Assembly (NCBI GenBank): GCA_041617795.1
Contig: JBFJOD010000003.1
Coordinates: 1 to 59,729, forward strand
DNA from: Gemmatimonadota bacterium
GTDB taxonomy: Bacteria > Gemmatimonadota > Gemmatimonadetes > Palauibacterales > KS3-K002
Length of the DNA stretch: 59,729 bases
Reading direction: 5' to 3'
Under the pieces are notes generated by a model, which ran no database searches, was not told where the DNA came from, and saw only the letters and a list, made by a program, of their open reading frames with translations. Position 1 is the first letter of the stretch; each line of letters begins with the position of its first letter. The translations under genes and the position numbers were made by a program. Below are positions 28,909 through 37,422 of the stretch, one piece after another.

Positions 28909-30018
28909 ATGCTCGAAGTCGTCGTTGTCGGTGCAGGGATCGCGGGCGTGGCCACGGCCCTCGCGCTCTGGGAGCGCGGAGCTGGCGTAACGGTTCTCGA
29001 GGTGAGCCGGCCGGGAGCTGAAGCGACGGGCGCGTCGGCCGGGATGCTGGCGGCACAGTACGAGGCAGCAGGGCAGACAGCGAAGTTCCGATTTGGTGTC
29101 GAGAGCCGCGCCCGCTACCCGGAGTTCGCCGCCAAGCTGGAGGAACTGTCCGGACACGATCTGCAGGTCCGCTGGGACGGTATCCTGGTAGCGAATCTGA
29201 CGGCGGAGGAACACGAGGCAGCGGCGGCGGACACGCGGTGGCAGCGCCAGGCGGGACTGAGGGCGGAACTTCTGGATGCCTCACAAGCTGCGAAGCTGCA
29301 GCCTGGCGTCACCCGGCAGGCCGTCTCGTATGTCTGGTTGGCAGATGACGGCTGGCTGGATAGCCAGCGCCTGGCGGTGGCGCTGAACGACGCGTTGGCC
29401 CGTGCCGGGATCAGACTGATCAGCGGCAACGCCGTCGAGGCGCTGCTGGCCGAGCAGGGTCGAGTGGTGGGTGTGTCGATGGCCGATGGACGTCGGCTGG
29501 AGGCCGATCGGGTGGTTCTGGCCGCCGGCGCCTGGAGCGGCACGATCGCGGGCCTCCCGCGCGCGTTGCCCGTGAGGCCGATGCGCGGACAGATACTGCG
29601 ATTCCCGCCCACGGCCCTGGACCTCGATCACGTCGTTGCTAGCCACGTGGGCCGCTACCTGGTTCCGCGTGGAGACGGTTCGGTGTTGGCCGGCAGCACC
29701 ATGGAAGACGTCGGCTTCGATCGCTCCCTAACCGACGCGGGACTTCGTGCGGTGCACGATTCGGTTACGCAGCTTGTGCCGGATCTGGCTGGTTTCAAAT
29801 CGGTCGAACGCTGGTCAGGCTTGCGGCCGATCAGCGGGGACTCGTGTCCAGTGATCGGACCGGACCCAGCGCTGGACGGCCTGCTATACGCCACGGGCTA
29901 CGGACGCGACGGGATACTGGTGGCGCCGCTGGCCGGAAGCGTCGTGGCCGACTTGGCGGTGAGCGGACGGTCGGAGATCGACTGGCGGCCGTTCCGGCCG
30001 GACCGTTTCGAGAATTAG
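28909..30018 (+). CDS. thiO: FAD-dependent glycine/D-amino acid oxidase (ThiO-like)
   Basis: VVGAGIAG, ATGASAGMLAA, VRPMRGQIL, WSGLRP, ATGYGRDGILVAP; no other thi genes nearby. Confidence 0.78.
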   Translation: MLEVVVVGAGIAGVATALALWERGAGVTVLEVSRPGAEATGASAGMLAAQYEAAGQTAKFRFGVESRARYPEFAAKLEELSGHDLQVRWDGILVANLTAEEHEAAAADTRWQRQAGLRAELLDASQAAKLQPGVTRQAVSYVWLADDGWLDSQRLAVALNDALARAGIRLISGNAVEALLAEQGRVVGVSMADGRRLEADRVVLAAGAWSGTIAGLPRALPVRPMRGQILRFPPTALDLDHVVASHVGRYLVPRGDGSVLAGSTMEDVGFDRSLTDAGLRAVHDSVTQLVPDLAGFKSVERWSGLRPISGDSCPVIGPDPALDGLLYATGYGRDGILVAPLAGSVVADLAVSGRSEIDWRPFRPDRFEN

Positions 30019-30133
30019 CCGGGAGGCGAAGCCTGCGACGGTTGGGTGGCTTTGCGCATCTGAAATGGTGGAAGCGTCGGGTGCGGTCTCGGCGGCACTT
30101 GGACGAAGTCAACAGACGGGAGATCGAAGAAAG

Positions 30134-31306
30134 ATGACTCGAAACGGAATTGGCATCCTCTTATCCATTGGCGCCCTGGGCATTGCAGGCGCAAACCTGC
30201 AGGCTCAGGTGCGCGAACAGTTGCTCGAGCGGCCCAACGCCACCTTCCCGGAGGCTTTCAGTTTGATCCAGGGTGTGCGTGAGCTGGCGGATGGACGAGT
30301 GATGGTCGCTGACCCGCTGGGACAGGCGCTGGTGGTTGCCGACTTGGGGACCGGCCGTGCCGATACCCTGGGCGGTGTGGGCCAGGGGCCGGCAGAGTAC
30401 CGGCAACCTGACGGCCTGTTTGCACTGCCGGGTGATTCAACGTTGTTGGTCGATCTGGGTAACGCGCGGCTGACGGTGGTGGGGCCGGACGGTGGCTTTG
30501 CCGAAACGATGCCAATCACCCAAGGCGAGCCGGGGCCGGGTGGCAACTTGCTGATCATCTTGCCGCGAGGGATCGACGCGGAGGGCCGCATCTACTTTCA
30601 ACCGTTTGGAGCCAGGGGACCACAATTGCCTGACTCGGCGGTGATCGTCCGCTGGGATCGTGCGAGTGGCGTGATGGATACGGTAGCGAAGGTGGGGCTT
30701 CCGAAGATGAAAAGCGCGACATCGGGCGGTGCCGGTAATCGAAGTGTGATGATTCGGCCGATTCCGCTCAGTCCGGAAGATGCGTGGGCGGTGGCCCCGG
30801 ATGGCCGGATAGCGACGGCGCGAGCCATCGACTACCACGTGGAGTGGATACACCCGACCGGCAAGGTGGCAAAGGGTCCCGCCATTGAGTACAAGCCCGT
30901 CAAGATCCGTCAAGCCGACAAGGAAGAGTGGGCCGAGGGTCTTAGCAACGGATTGCGCGTTGGAATGATGATCAACAACGGTGAGCGGCGGATTTCACTG
31001 GGCCGTGGCGGAGGCGGCGGCGACGGTCCCGATCTCGACAGCTTCGAGTGGCCGGATGCCAAGCCCGCCTTTGCCTCGAATGGCGTCCGGGTAACGCCAG
31101 ATGGAGAAATGTGGGTCGAACGCCATGTCACCGCCGGTACGCCGGTTCAGTTTGATGTCTTCGACGGCGCGGGGAATTTGAAAGGCCGAGTCTTTCTCCC
31201 AGCCGGGCGCGAGCTCGTCGGGTTTGGGAGCGGCGTCGTCTACGCCGTGCGAACCGATGACCTCGGGCTGCAGTGGTTGGAGCGCTACACCCGGTCAAGC
31301 ACCTAG
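30134..31306 (+). CDS. Exported probable beta-propeller protein
   Basis: ATG 30134; signal peptide; VRELADGRVMVAD, GQGPAEY, AWAVAPDG, final YAVRTDDLGLQWLERY blade-like repeats. Confidence 0.75.
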   Translation: MTRNGIGILLSIGALGIAGANLQAQVREQLLERPNATFPEAFSLIQGVRELADGRVMVADPLGQALVVADLGTGRADTLGGVGQGPAEYRQPDGLFALPGDSTLLVDLGNARLTVVGPDGGFAETMPITQGEPGPGGNLLIILPRGIDAEGRIYFQPFGARGPQLPDSAVIVRWDRASGVMDTVAKVGLPKMKSATSGGAGNRSVMIRPIPLSPEDAWAVAPDGRIATARAIDYHVEWIHPTGKVAKGPAIEYKPVKIRQADKEEWAEGLSNGLRVGMMINNGERRISLGRGGGGGDGPDLDSFEWPDAKPAFASNGVRVTPDGEMWVERHVTAGTPVQFDVFDGAGNLKGRVFLPAGRELVGFGSGVVYAVRTDDLGLQWLERYTRSST

Positions 31307-31387
31307 CGCTGCTTGTCGAAGTAGAGTATCCAGCTTCGGGGGCGGTCGGTGGTTCGGCCCCCGAAGCTGGCCTAACAAACGGCCCTG

Positions 31388-31594
31388 CTACTCGATCTTG
31401 AACGACAGGGTTACGCGCGCGCGGTAGCGGACGATGTTGCCTTCCTCCATCGTCATGTCGAGCTTGTTGATCTCGGCAATCCTCAGGTTCTTGAGGCTCT
31501 CGCCCGCTTTGTTCACAGCGGCCTTGGCTGCTTCCTCCCAACCCTTGGTGCTTGTTCCGACCAGTTCGATGACTTTGTAGGTGCTGTCAGCCAT
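31388..31594 (-). CDS. Dodecin (flavin-binding) family protein
   Basis: ATG 31594 after GGAGGA; YKVIELVGTS..WEEAA..SLKNLR..YRARVTLSFK. Confidence 0.92.
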   Translation of the reverse strand: MADSTYKVIELVGTSTKGWEEAAKAAVNKAGESLKNLRIAEINKLDMTMEEGNIVRYRARVTLSFKIE

Positions 31595-31687
31595 TTTGTT
31601 CTCCTCCACGTGTGACGGGTGCGGCCCTTCGCCTGCCGGGCTCGTGGTGACCGCGGCCTCGTGAACGGGCGCGGTCTGGTGTCTCGT

Positions 31688-32425
31688 TTAGAGCAGCTGC
31701 TCCAGCAGCCGCTTCGCTTCTTCGCGACCTTCCCGGGTAAGCGCGATCCGTCCTTCACCGGTGAACTCGAAAAGGTGTCGCGCCGCTTCGATCCGTTGCC
31801 GCAAGATCCGCTCTGACCCTGTCAATTTGGGCGTGTAATCCAGTCTCCGAAAGACGCGACCCACGTCCTTGGGTGCCACCGCCTTGCGGTGGTGGGCCAT
31901 CACCAGTAGCAGCTCCTCCTCGAATGTCTGGGTTCGCGGCAGCAGCTCGAGTGTAAGCGTCTCATCATCAAGTTCCTCAAAAGACAAAAGGCGCTTACGG
32001 GACGGTGCCTGCGTTACCGGCGGTGGATCGAAAGGCTCGACGAATTGAATATCTTCGAGTTCATCTTCAGCAGCGGCCTCAGCGGCGACGTCTTCATCAA
32101 TCGGCGTGTCAGGAGCTGCGGCATCCGCGGCCACGATCGGCTCGTTGTTGTCCGTGGATGGAGTGGAAGAATCGAACTTCGCCTCGTCCGCCGTGGCCAT
32201 GGCGATATACTGGCGTAGCAGAGAGATCCGCTTCTCGATTGACTGTGCTTGCTCGCGCAGTCCTGCGATCTGTTTCTGGCCTACCTCGATCTGCCGGTTG
32301 GCTGACTGGATTTCGCCGCGCAGCGCCTCGATTCGCCTTTCGGCCGACTCGACCTGCTCGTGCGTGGCTGCCAGTATCGCTTCTTCTTTGGCAAGCCTGC
32401 TGTGGAGGCTATCCGAATCGTGCAT
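31688..32425 (-). CDS. Hypothetical protein: coiled coil, acidic linker, possible winged-helix C-terminus
   Basis: Heptad pattern over residues ~5-78, D/E/A/P-rich linker, C-terminal GRIALTREGREEAKRLL. Confidence 0.72.
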   Translation of the reverse strand: MHDSDSLHSRLAKEEAILAATHEQVESAERRIEALRGEIQSANRQIEVGQKQIAGLREQAQSIEKRISLLRQYIAMATADEAKFDSSTPSTDNNEPIVAADAAAPDTPIDEDVAAEAAAEDELEDIQFVEPFDPPPVTQAPSRKRLLSFEELDDETLTLELLPRTQTFEEELLLVMAHHRKAVAPKDVGRVFRRLDYTPKLTGSERILRQRIEAARHLFEFTGEGRIALTREGREEAKRLLEQLL

Positions 32426-32615
32426 TTACACTTGTAGTTGTCCGGCGGGCAGGTTGAGGGGGTCGTGAGCTAAATTGTCGGCGGCGGCCACTTCTAGCAA
32501 GGGCCGGCCTCGCGCCAAGTTGTCGGGGCGCGGCCGGGCCCCTAGATTGCCCTGCCTTCCCCGCCAGGCCAAACTTGTTCGATCCGAGTGGCTTCATCCA
32601 GACAAGGAGAGGATA

Positions 32616-33257
32616 ATGCTCCGTCGCTGGAAAAGTTGTGCCTTGCTGGTTGCCGGTGCGGCAGTGCTGGTTGGCTGTGATAGCTTCGAGAAGGATAACG
32701 CGGCGTTACAGATCCGGGAACGTTTCTGTAACGAGTGGCCGTACGGTTGTACCGACAGCACGCGAGTGGTGATTGAGAAAGTCAACGAGACGCGCAACGG
32801 CAGGCAGGTTGAATTTCGCGTTGTCGATCGCGAAGACCGGACCGCAATATTATCTGCCGCCTACTTCGAGCCAAGCGATGATGGCTGGGGTTTCCTGCTG
32901 TTCGAGAATCCCTTTAACGACGCCTTCAAATCCGAGGCGAGCCGCTTTGCCAGTGATAGCCGGCGGTTCGATGAGGTGCTGAGCGAATTAAAGGCTGCAC
33001 AACGTTGGTTCGTATCTATCTATGGCCGCTACGCGCAAAGCTTCGCCGAGCTGGACAGCGTGAGCTATAAACGGCCGGAGCTGCCTCTCGAGATGGATGT
33101 GGACGAGGAAAGTTGGCACGCCGATATATCCAGCAGCTACGTTCAATGCGAGCTCGAGGTTCCCCAGCAGCAGCTACCCACCTGTACCGGGCTGGCGGCT
33201 CGCAACGCAGGCACGAAATCGGGGCCGCTGTCGGAAGCGTTCGGCGAACCGAATTGA
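32616..33257 (+). CDS. Hypothetical lipoprotein
   Basis: ATG 32616 after AGGAGAGG; lipobox LVGC; two further Cys pairs. Confidence 0.75.
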   Translation: MLRRWKSCALLVAGAAVLVGCDSFEKDNAALQIRERFCNEWPYGCTDSTRVVIEKVNETRNGRQVEFRVVDREDRTAILSAAYFEPSDDGWGFLLFENPFNDAFKSEASRFASDSRRFDEVLSELKAAQRWFVSIYGRYAQSFAELDSVSYKRPELPLEMDVDEESWHADISSSYVQCELEVPQQQLPTCTGLAARNAGTKSGPLSEAFGEPN

Positions 33258-33269
33258 AGTGCTGGTAAC

Positions 33270-33433
33270 CCAACCAGCGCCGGAGAGTGGCCGCGGGACG
33301 AGGCTTGCAACCCTGAGGCGTGCCCAGACCTTCTAACGGTAGGGTAGGCAAGCTGTCTTGTTAAGTGAGTGGAGCTGTACCAGCTTGCCGCATGAAGGCA
33401 AAGCCTCGAGTTAACCACCGTCCAGCGGGTTGG
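33270..33433. ncRNA. Candidate structured RNA or leader
   Basis: Nested complementary arms CCAACC/GGTTGG, GTGG/CCAC, CGAGGCTT/AAGCCTCG, GGCAAGCTG/CAGCTTGCC spanning most of the intergenic gap. Confidence 0.3.
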
Positions 33434-33440
33434 CGGTCTC

Positions 33441-34985
33441 ATGAATGATAACGGGTCGCGGCTTCGCTCGTTCGTCGCGGAGCTGAGGCGCCGACGCGTT
33501 TTTCGGGTCGCCGTCGTCTATGCAATCGCCACCTTCGGCGTCTTGCAGGTGGCGGACATCGCCTTTCCCGCCTTGAAACTGCCCGAGTGGTCGGTCACCC
33601 TCATCGTGGCAGTCGCCCTGCTTGGATTCCCCGTCGCACTGGTGCTGGCCTGGGCCTTCGATATCACGCCGCGGGGCGTGATACGCACGGAGCCGCTGGC
33701 CGATTCGGGCTCGAAATTCCAACGGCACGGGCGCGTTTTGGCATTGGTGTCGGCGGGGCTGGTGACGATACTGACGATCGCGGTCGGCTGGTACGTCCTG
33801 CCAAAGCTCCCCGGATGGTGGGGTGACACATCGATCGCGGCAGCCAGCGAACCGGCCAAGCCCAAGCTCGTGGTCCTGCCGTTCGAAAACCTCGGGTCCC
33901 CCGTCGATGAGTACTTTGCCGACGGTGTAACCGAGGAGATAACGGCACGCCTGGCGACCACCGGCCACCTTGGAGTCATTGCCCGGACCAGCGCGATTCG
34001 ATACAAGGGCACGGACAAGAGCGTGCCCCAGATCGGGGAAGAGCTCGGTGTCGACTACATCCTCGAAGGTACCGTTCGTTGGGAGAACCAGCCGGACGGT
34101 CAGAGCCGGGTTCGCGTCACTCCTCAGCTCATCAAGGTGAGCGATGCGACACACCTTTGGGCCGATATCTACGAGGAGCCTCTATCCAGCGTGTTCGAAG
34201 TGCAGTCCGAGATCGCCGAGAAGGTGGTCGAGGCACTGGGCGTGACGCTGCGCGAACAAGAGCGCCTTGCCCTGCGAGCGGAACCTACGCGGAACCTCGA
34301 GGCCTATAACCTCTATCTGCTAGGTAACGAGTATCTGTCTTCCAGCTCGTCGCCCACCAGCGCCCAGGAGGCCCTCGAGCTGCTGGAGCGGGCGGTGGCC
34401 CTCGACCCCGGCTTCGACCTCGCCCAGAGAAAGCTAGCCGAGGCCCATGCCAATCTTTACTGGGCCAATTTCAAGACGCGATTCGGCGTCAGGATCGCTG
34501 AGCCCGACGTGATTTTGGAACGCCTCCGACCGGGGTCCTTCGGTGCTGACACCGCGTCTTATCTGCTGGCTCGGGCGTTGCTGCTTCGGCGAGCCGGGCG
34601 AAGCACTGAGGCGCGAGCGTATTTCGATTCGGCCCGGGTGGTGCTGGAAGCTCGGGTGGCGGAGAGCCCGGCGGCGTCGCGACTGCACTCGCAGCTGGGA
34701 CTCGCCTACGCCGGTCTTGGTCTCCGCGCTGAAGCAATCCGCGAAGGTCGGCTGGCGGTCGAACAACTTTCCATCGCCGATGACCCTTATGCGGGCGCGG
34801 CTCTACTCGACAACCTGGCCCACATCTATGTGATTGTCGGAGAGCCTGATGCCGCAATCGAGGCGCTCGAGTCGCTGCTCACCACCGATTCGCCCGTCAC
34901 CCGCGCCTGGCTGATGGCGGATCCGACTTGGGATCCTCTGCGATCGAGCCCCAAGTTCCAGGCCCTGGTCGAGGGCGACCGTTAG
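33441..34985 (+). CDS. Membrane-anchored TolB-N/FlgO-like plus TPR protein (shorter paralog of 12925-14976)
   Basis: FVAELRRRRVFRVAVVY, LVVLPFENLG, VIARTSA, RVTPQLIKVSDATHLWADIY, DPTWDPLRSSPKF. Confidence 0.85.
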   Translation: MNDNGSRLRSFVAELRRRRVFRVAVVYAIATFGVLQVADIAFPALKLPEWSVTLIVAVALLGFPVALVLAWAFDITPRGVIRTEPLADSGSKFQRHGRVLALVSAGLVTILTIAVGWYVLPKLPGWWGDTSIAAASEPAKPKLVVLPFENLGSPVDEYFADGVTEEITARLATTGHLGVIARTSAIRYKGTDKSVPQIGEELGVDYILEGTVRWENQPDGQSRVRVTPQLIKVSDATHLWADIYEEPLSSVFEVQSEIAEKVVEALGVTLREQERLALRAEPTRNLEAYNLYLLGNEYLSSSSSPTSAQEALELLERAVALDPGFDLAQRKLAEAHANLYWANFKTRFGVRIAEPDVILERLRPGSFGADTASYLLARALLLRRAGRSTEARAYFDSARVVLEARVAESPAASRLHSQLGLAYAGLGLRAEAIREGRLAVEQLSIADDPYAGAALLDNLAHIYVIVGEPDAAIEALESLLTTDSPVTRAWLMADPTWDPLRSSPKFQALVEGDR

Positions 34986-35294
34986 GCGTCCCGGCCATCC
35001 CGGGCCTCCACACCTTCCACGCGCTCGCCGCTGGAGTTAGTATCAGGGCCCACGACGCCGCCGAATGGGCAAAATGTCCCGGGGCGCCCTCAGGAGACGT
35101 GCTCCGGCGGCCTGGCCGAACCTCAGCAGAGGGGCCAGAAGTGAAGGCTTGCAGCGGCTTTGTTGGCTGTCCAGCGCCGTAGGAAAGGCCAAATTGACCG
35201 GCATAGAACGTGCGTGTTGGATGGCGTCCAGCGTGACGGCAGCGGCGGGTCTCGCTGGTGCGCAGTTCGCCCAGATCCCAGATAACGAGTAAAG

Positions 35295-35909
35295 ATGAGC
35301 GATCGGTCGCTCCCTGCCAGAGTGCCGACGGAAGACCAGCGAGAGCGAGTGACGGCTGAGCTATGCGAGCACTTCTCTGCCGGCAACCTCGAGCTGGACG
35401 TGCTGGAGTTTCGGTTGGCAGTGGTGGACGAGGCGAAGACGGAGACGGAACTGCTCGATCTGGTGAAGGACCTGCCAGAGTTGGAGGCGGTAGCTCCGGC
35501 GGTGGTCGAGCCACCGAAACGGTGGGGTTGGGCGCTGGCGCTGCTGGGGGGCAGTTCACGTAAAGGTGAATGGGCACCGCCACGACAGCTGAATGCCATC
35601 GCCCTGATGGGAGGCGTTGAGCTGGATTTTCGCGATGCGCGGCTGGCGCCCGGGGACACGCATGTGACCGCCGTGGCCGTAATGGGAGGAATCAATATCG
35701 TCGTTCCGCCGGGGCTATCAGTAACGGTACGGGGTTTGGGACTGCTGGGTGGGGTGGATCAGGTGGAGCATTTGTCCGGCGAACGACGCCCGAACATGCC
35801 TCAACTCACAGTGACTGCATTCGCGTGCATGGGTGGAGTCGGAATCGAGACACGAGCGAGCAAGAAGGCCGAGTTGCTCGCTGCGAAGCGGAGTGAAAAG
35901 AGAAGATGA
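35295..35909 (+). CDS. DUF1707 (SHOCT-like) plus LiaF/DUF2154-like protein
   Basis: QRERVTAELCEHFSAGNLELDVLEFRL..LVKDLP; ALMGGVELDFRDA, MGGINIVVPPG, FACMGGVGI. Confidence 0.8.
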   Translation: MSDRSLPARVPTEDQRERVTAELCEHFSAGNLELDVLEFRLAVVDEAKTETELLDLVKDLPELEAVAPAVVEPPKRWGWALALLGGSSRKGEWAPPRQLNAIALMGGVELDFRDARLAPGDTHVTAVAVMGGINIVVPPGLSVTVRGLGLLGGVDQVEHLSGERRPNMPQLTVTAFACMGGVGIETRASKKAELLAAKRSEKRR

Positions 35910-37030
35910 AGATAGGAGTACCGAAGGAAATCGCCGAAGGCGAGCGCAGGGTGGCCCTTGTGCCGCAAACGGTTGGAAAGCTCGTTGAGGGCGGCTTCGA
36001 GGTGGTTGTGGAAGCGGGCGCCGGTTCCGGCTCCCATTTCAGCGACGCGGAGTACCGCGAGGCCGGGGCGACGATCGTTGAGGGGCCGGCAGCGGTGTAC
36101 GGCTCGGATGTCGTACTAAAGGTCCGCAAACCGACGTCTGCCGAGGTCGGACAAATGCGCGAGGGCCTGGTGCTAATCGGTTTCCTAGAGCCGCTGACCA
36201 GCCTGGAGCTGGTCAAGCAGTTGATGAGCCGAAAGGTCACGTCGTTCGCCATGGAAACCGTCCCGCGGATAAGCCGGGCGCAGAAGATGGATGCGCTATC
36301 ATCGCAAGCGAACATCGCCGGCTATAAGGCTGCGCTTATCGCTGCTGACTCGTTGCCGAAGTTTCTACCGATGTCGATGACTGCGGCGGGCACGATTCCG
36401 CCCGCGAAGGCTCTTGTGCTCGGCGCGGGTGTCGCAGGATTGCAGGCCATTGCCACTTTGCGGCGGCTGGGTGCGCGGGTGGAGGCATTCGACATCCGGC
36501 CGGCGGTCAAGGAAGAGGTTCAGAGCCTCGGGGCTAAGTTCATCGAGATCCAGCTCGAAGAAAAAGAGCTGGAAGATGCGGGCGGTTACGGAAAAGAGCT
36601 TTCCGAGGAATCTCAGCGACGCGAGAAAGAAGTTTTGGCGGAACACACCAAGGCTTCGGATATCGTCATAACGACGGCCGCGATCCCGGGAAAGCCGGCG
36701 CCGCGTCTTGTTGAGGAAGAAGCCGTCAAAGAGATGAAAGAGGGCTCGGTGATCGTCGATCTGGCAGCGGAGACGGGCGGCAACTGCGCGCTCACCGAGC
36801 CGGGCAAGATCGTCGTGAAGCACGGCGTTACCATTCATGGGCCGCTGAACCTTGTCAGCGACCTGGCAACGAACGCCAGTCAGCTATATGCGAAGAACAT
36901 CACTAGCCTGTTCAATGAGTTCGTGAAGGACGGCCAACTCAACTTGGATTTTGACGATGAGGTTGTGAGCGGCAGCTGCATCACTCACAACGGAGAGGTC
37001 TTGAACGAGCGCGTGAAGGCGCAGCTGTGA
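35906..37030 (+). CDS. pntAA: NAD(P) transhydrogenase subunit alpha part 1
   Basis: MKIGVPKE..ERRVAL, RAQKMDALSSQANIAGYKA, GAGVAGLQAI, DLAAETGGNC. Confidence 0.96.
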   Translation: MKIGVPKEIAEGERRVALVPQTVGKLVEGGFEVVVEAGAGSGSHFSDAEYREAGATIVEGPAAVYGSDVVLKVRKPTSAEVGQMREGLVLIGFLEPLTSLELVKQLMSRKVTSFAMETVPRISRAQKMDALSSQANIAGYKAALIAADSLPKFLPMSMTAAGTIPPAKALVLGAGVAGLQAIATLRRLGARVEAFDIRPAVKEEVQSLGAKFIEIQLEEKELEDAGGYGKELSEESQRREKEVLAEHTKASDIVITTAAIPGKPAPRLVEEEAVKEMKEGSVIVDLAAETGGNCALTEPGKIVVKHGVTIHGPLNLVSDLATNASQLYAKNITSLFNEFVKDGQLNLDFDDEVVSGSCITHNGEVLNERVKAQL

Positions 37031-37040
37031 GGTTGGTCAA

Positions 37041-37352
37041 ATGCCAGAAGCACTACTAAACAACCTGTATATCTTCGTGCTCGCGATGTTCACTGGATTC
37101 GAGGTCATCACGAAGGTGCCTCCACTGCTCCACACGCCGTTGATGTCCGGCTCGAACGCGATCTCCGGAATATCGGTGATCGGCGCTCTGGTCATCACCG
37201 CGTTGGCGGCGGGTGAAAGCGATTTGATTCTCGCGCTGGGCATCGTCGCTGTGGCCATGGGCATGATCAACGTGGTGGGCGGTTTCTTGGTTACCGACCG
37301 GATGCTGCAGATGTTCAAGAAGAAGCCGACCGGCGAAGCCAGCAAGACGTAG
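37041..37352 (+). CDS. pntAB: NAD(P) transhydrogenase subunit alpha part 2
   Basis: VPPLLHTPLMSGSNAISG, NVVGGFLVTDRMLQMF. Confidence 0.96.
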   Translation: MPEALLNNLYIFVLAMFTGFEVITKVPPLLHTPLMSGSNAISGISVIGALVITALAAGESDLILALGIVAVAMGMINVVGGFLVTDRMLQMFKKKPTGEASKT

Positions 37353-37422
37353 CACGTTGTTGTTCTGGAAGCACGAAGCCTGAAACTGAATCTTGAATGC
37401 TTAGCTTAGCGGATCTGCGAAA

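Noticed and set aside
34986-35294. 309-bp intergenic region containing GGCAAA (c-di-GMP-I riboswitch?)
   Set aside because: No GNRA-capped P2 or downstream GCAAAG/P3 elements recognisable.
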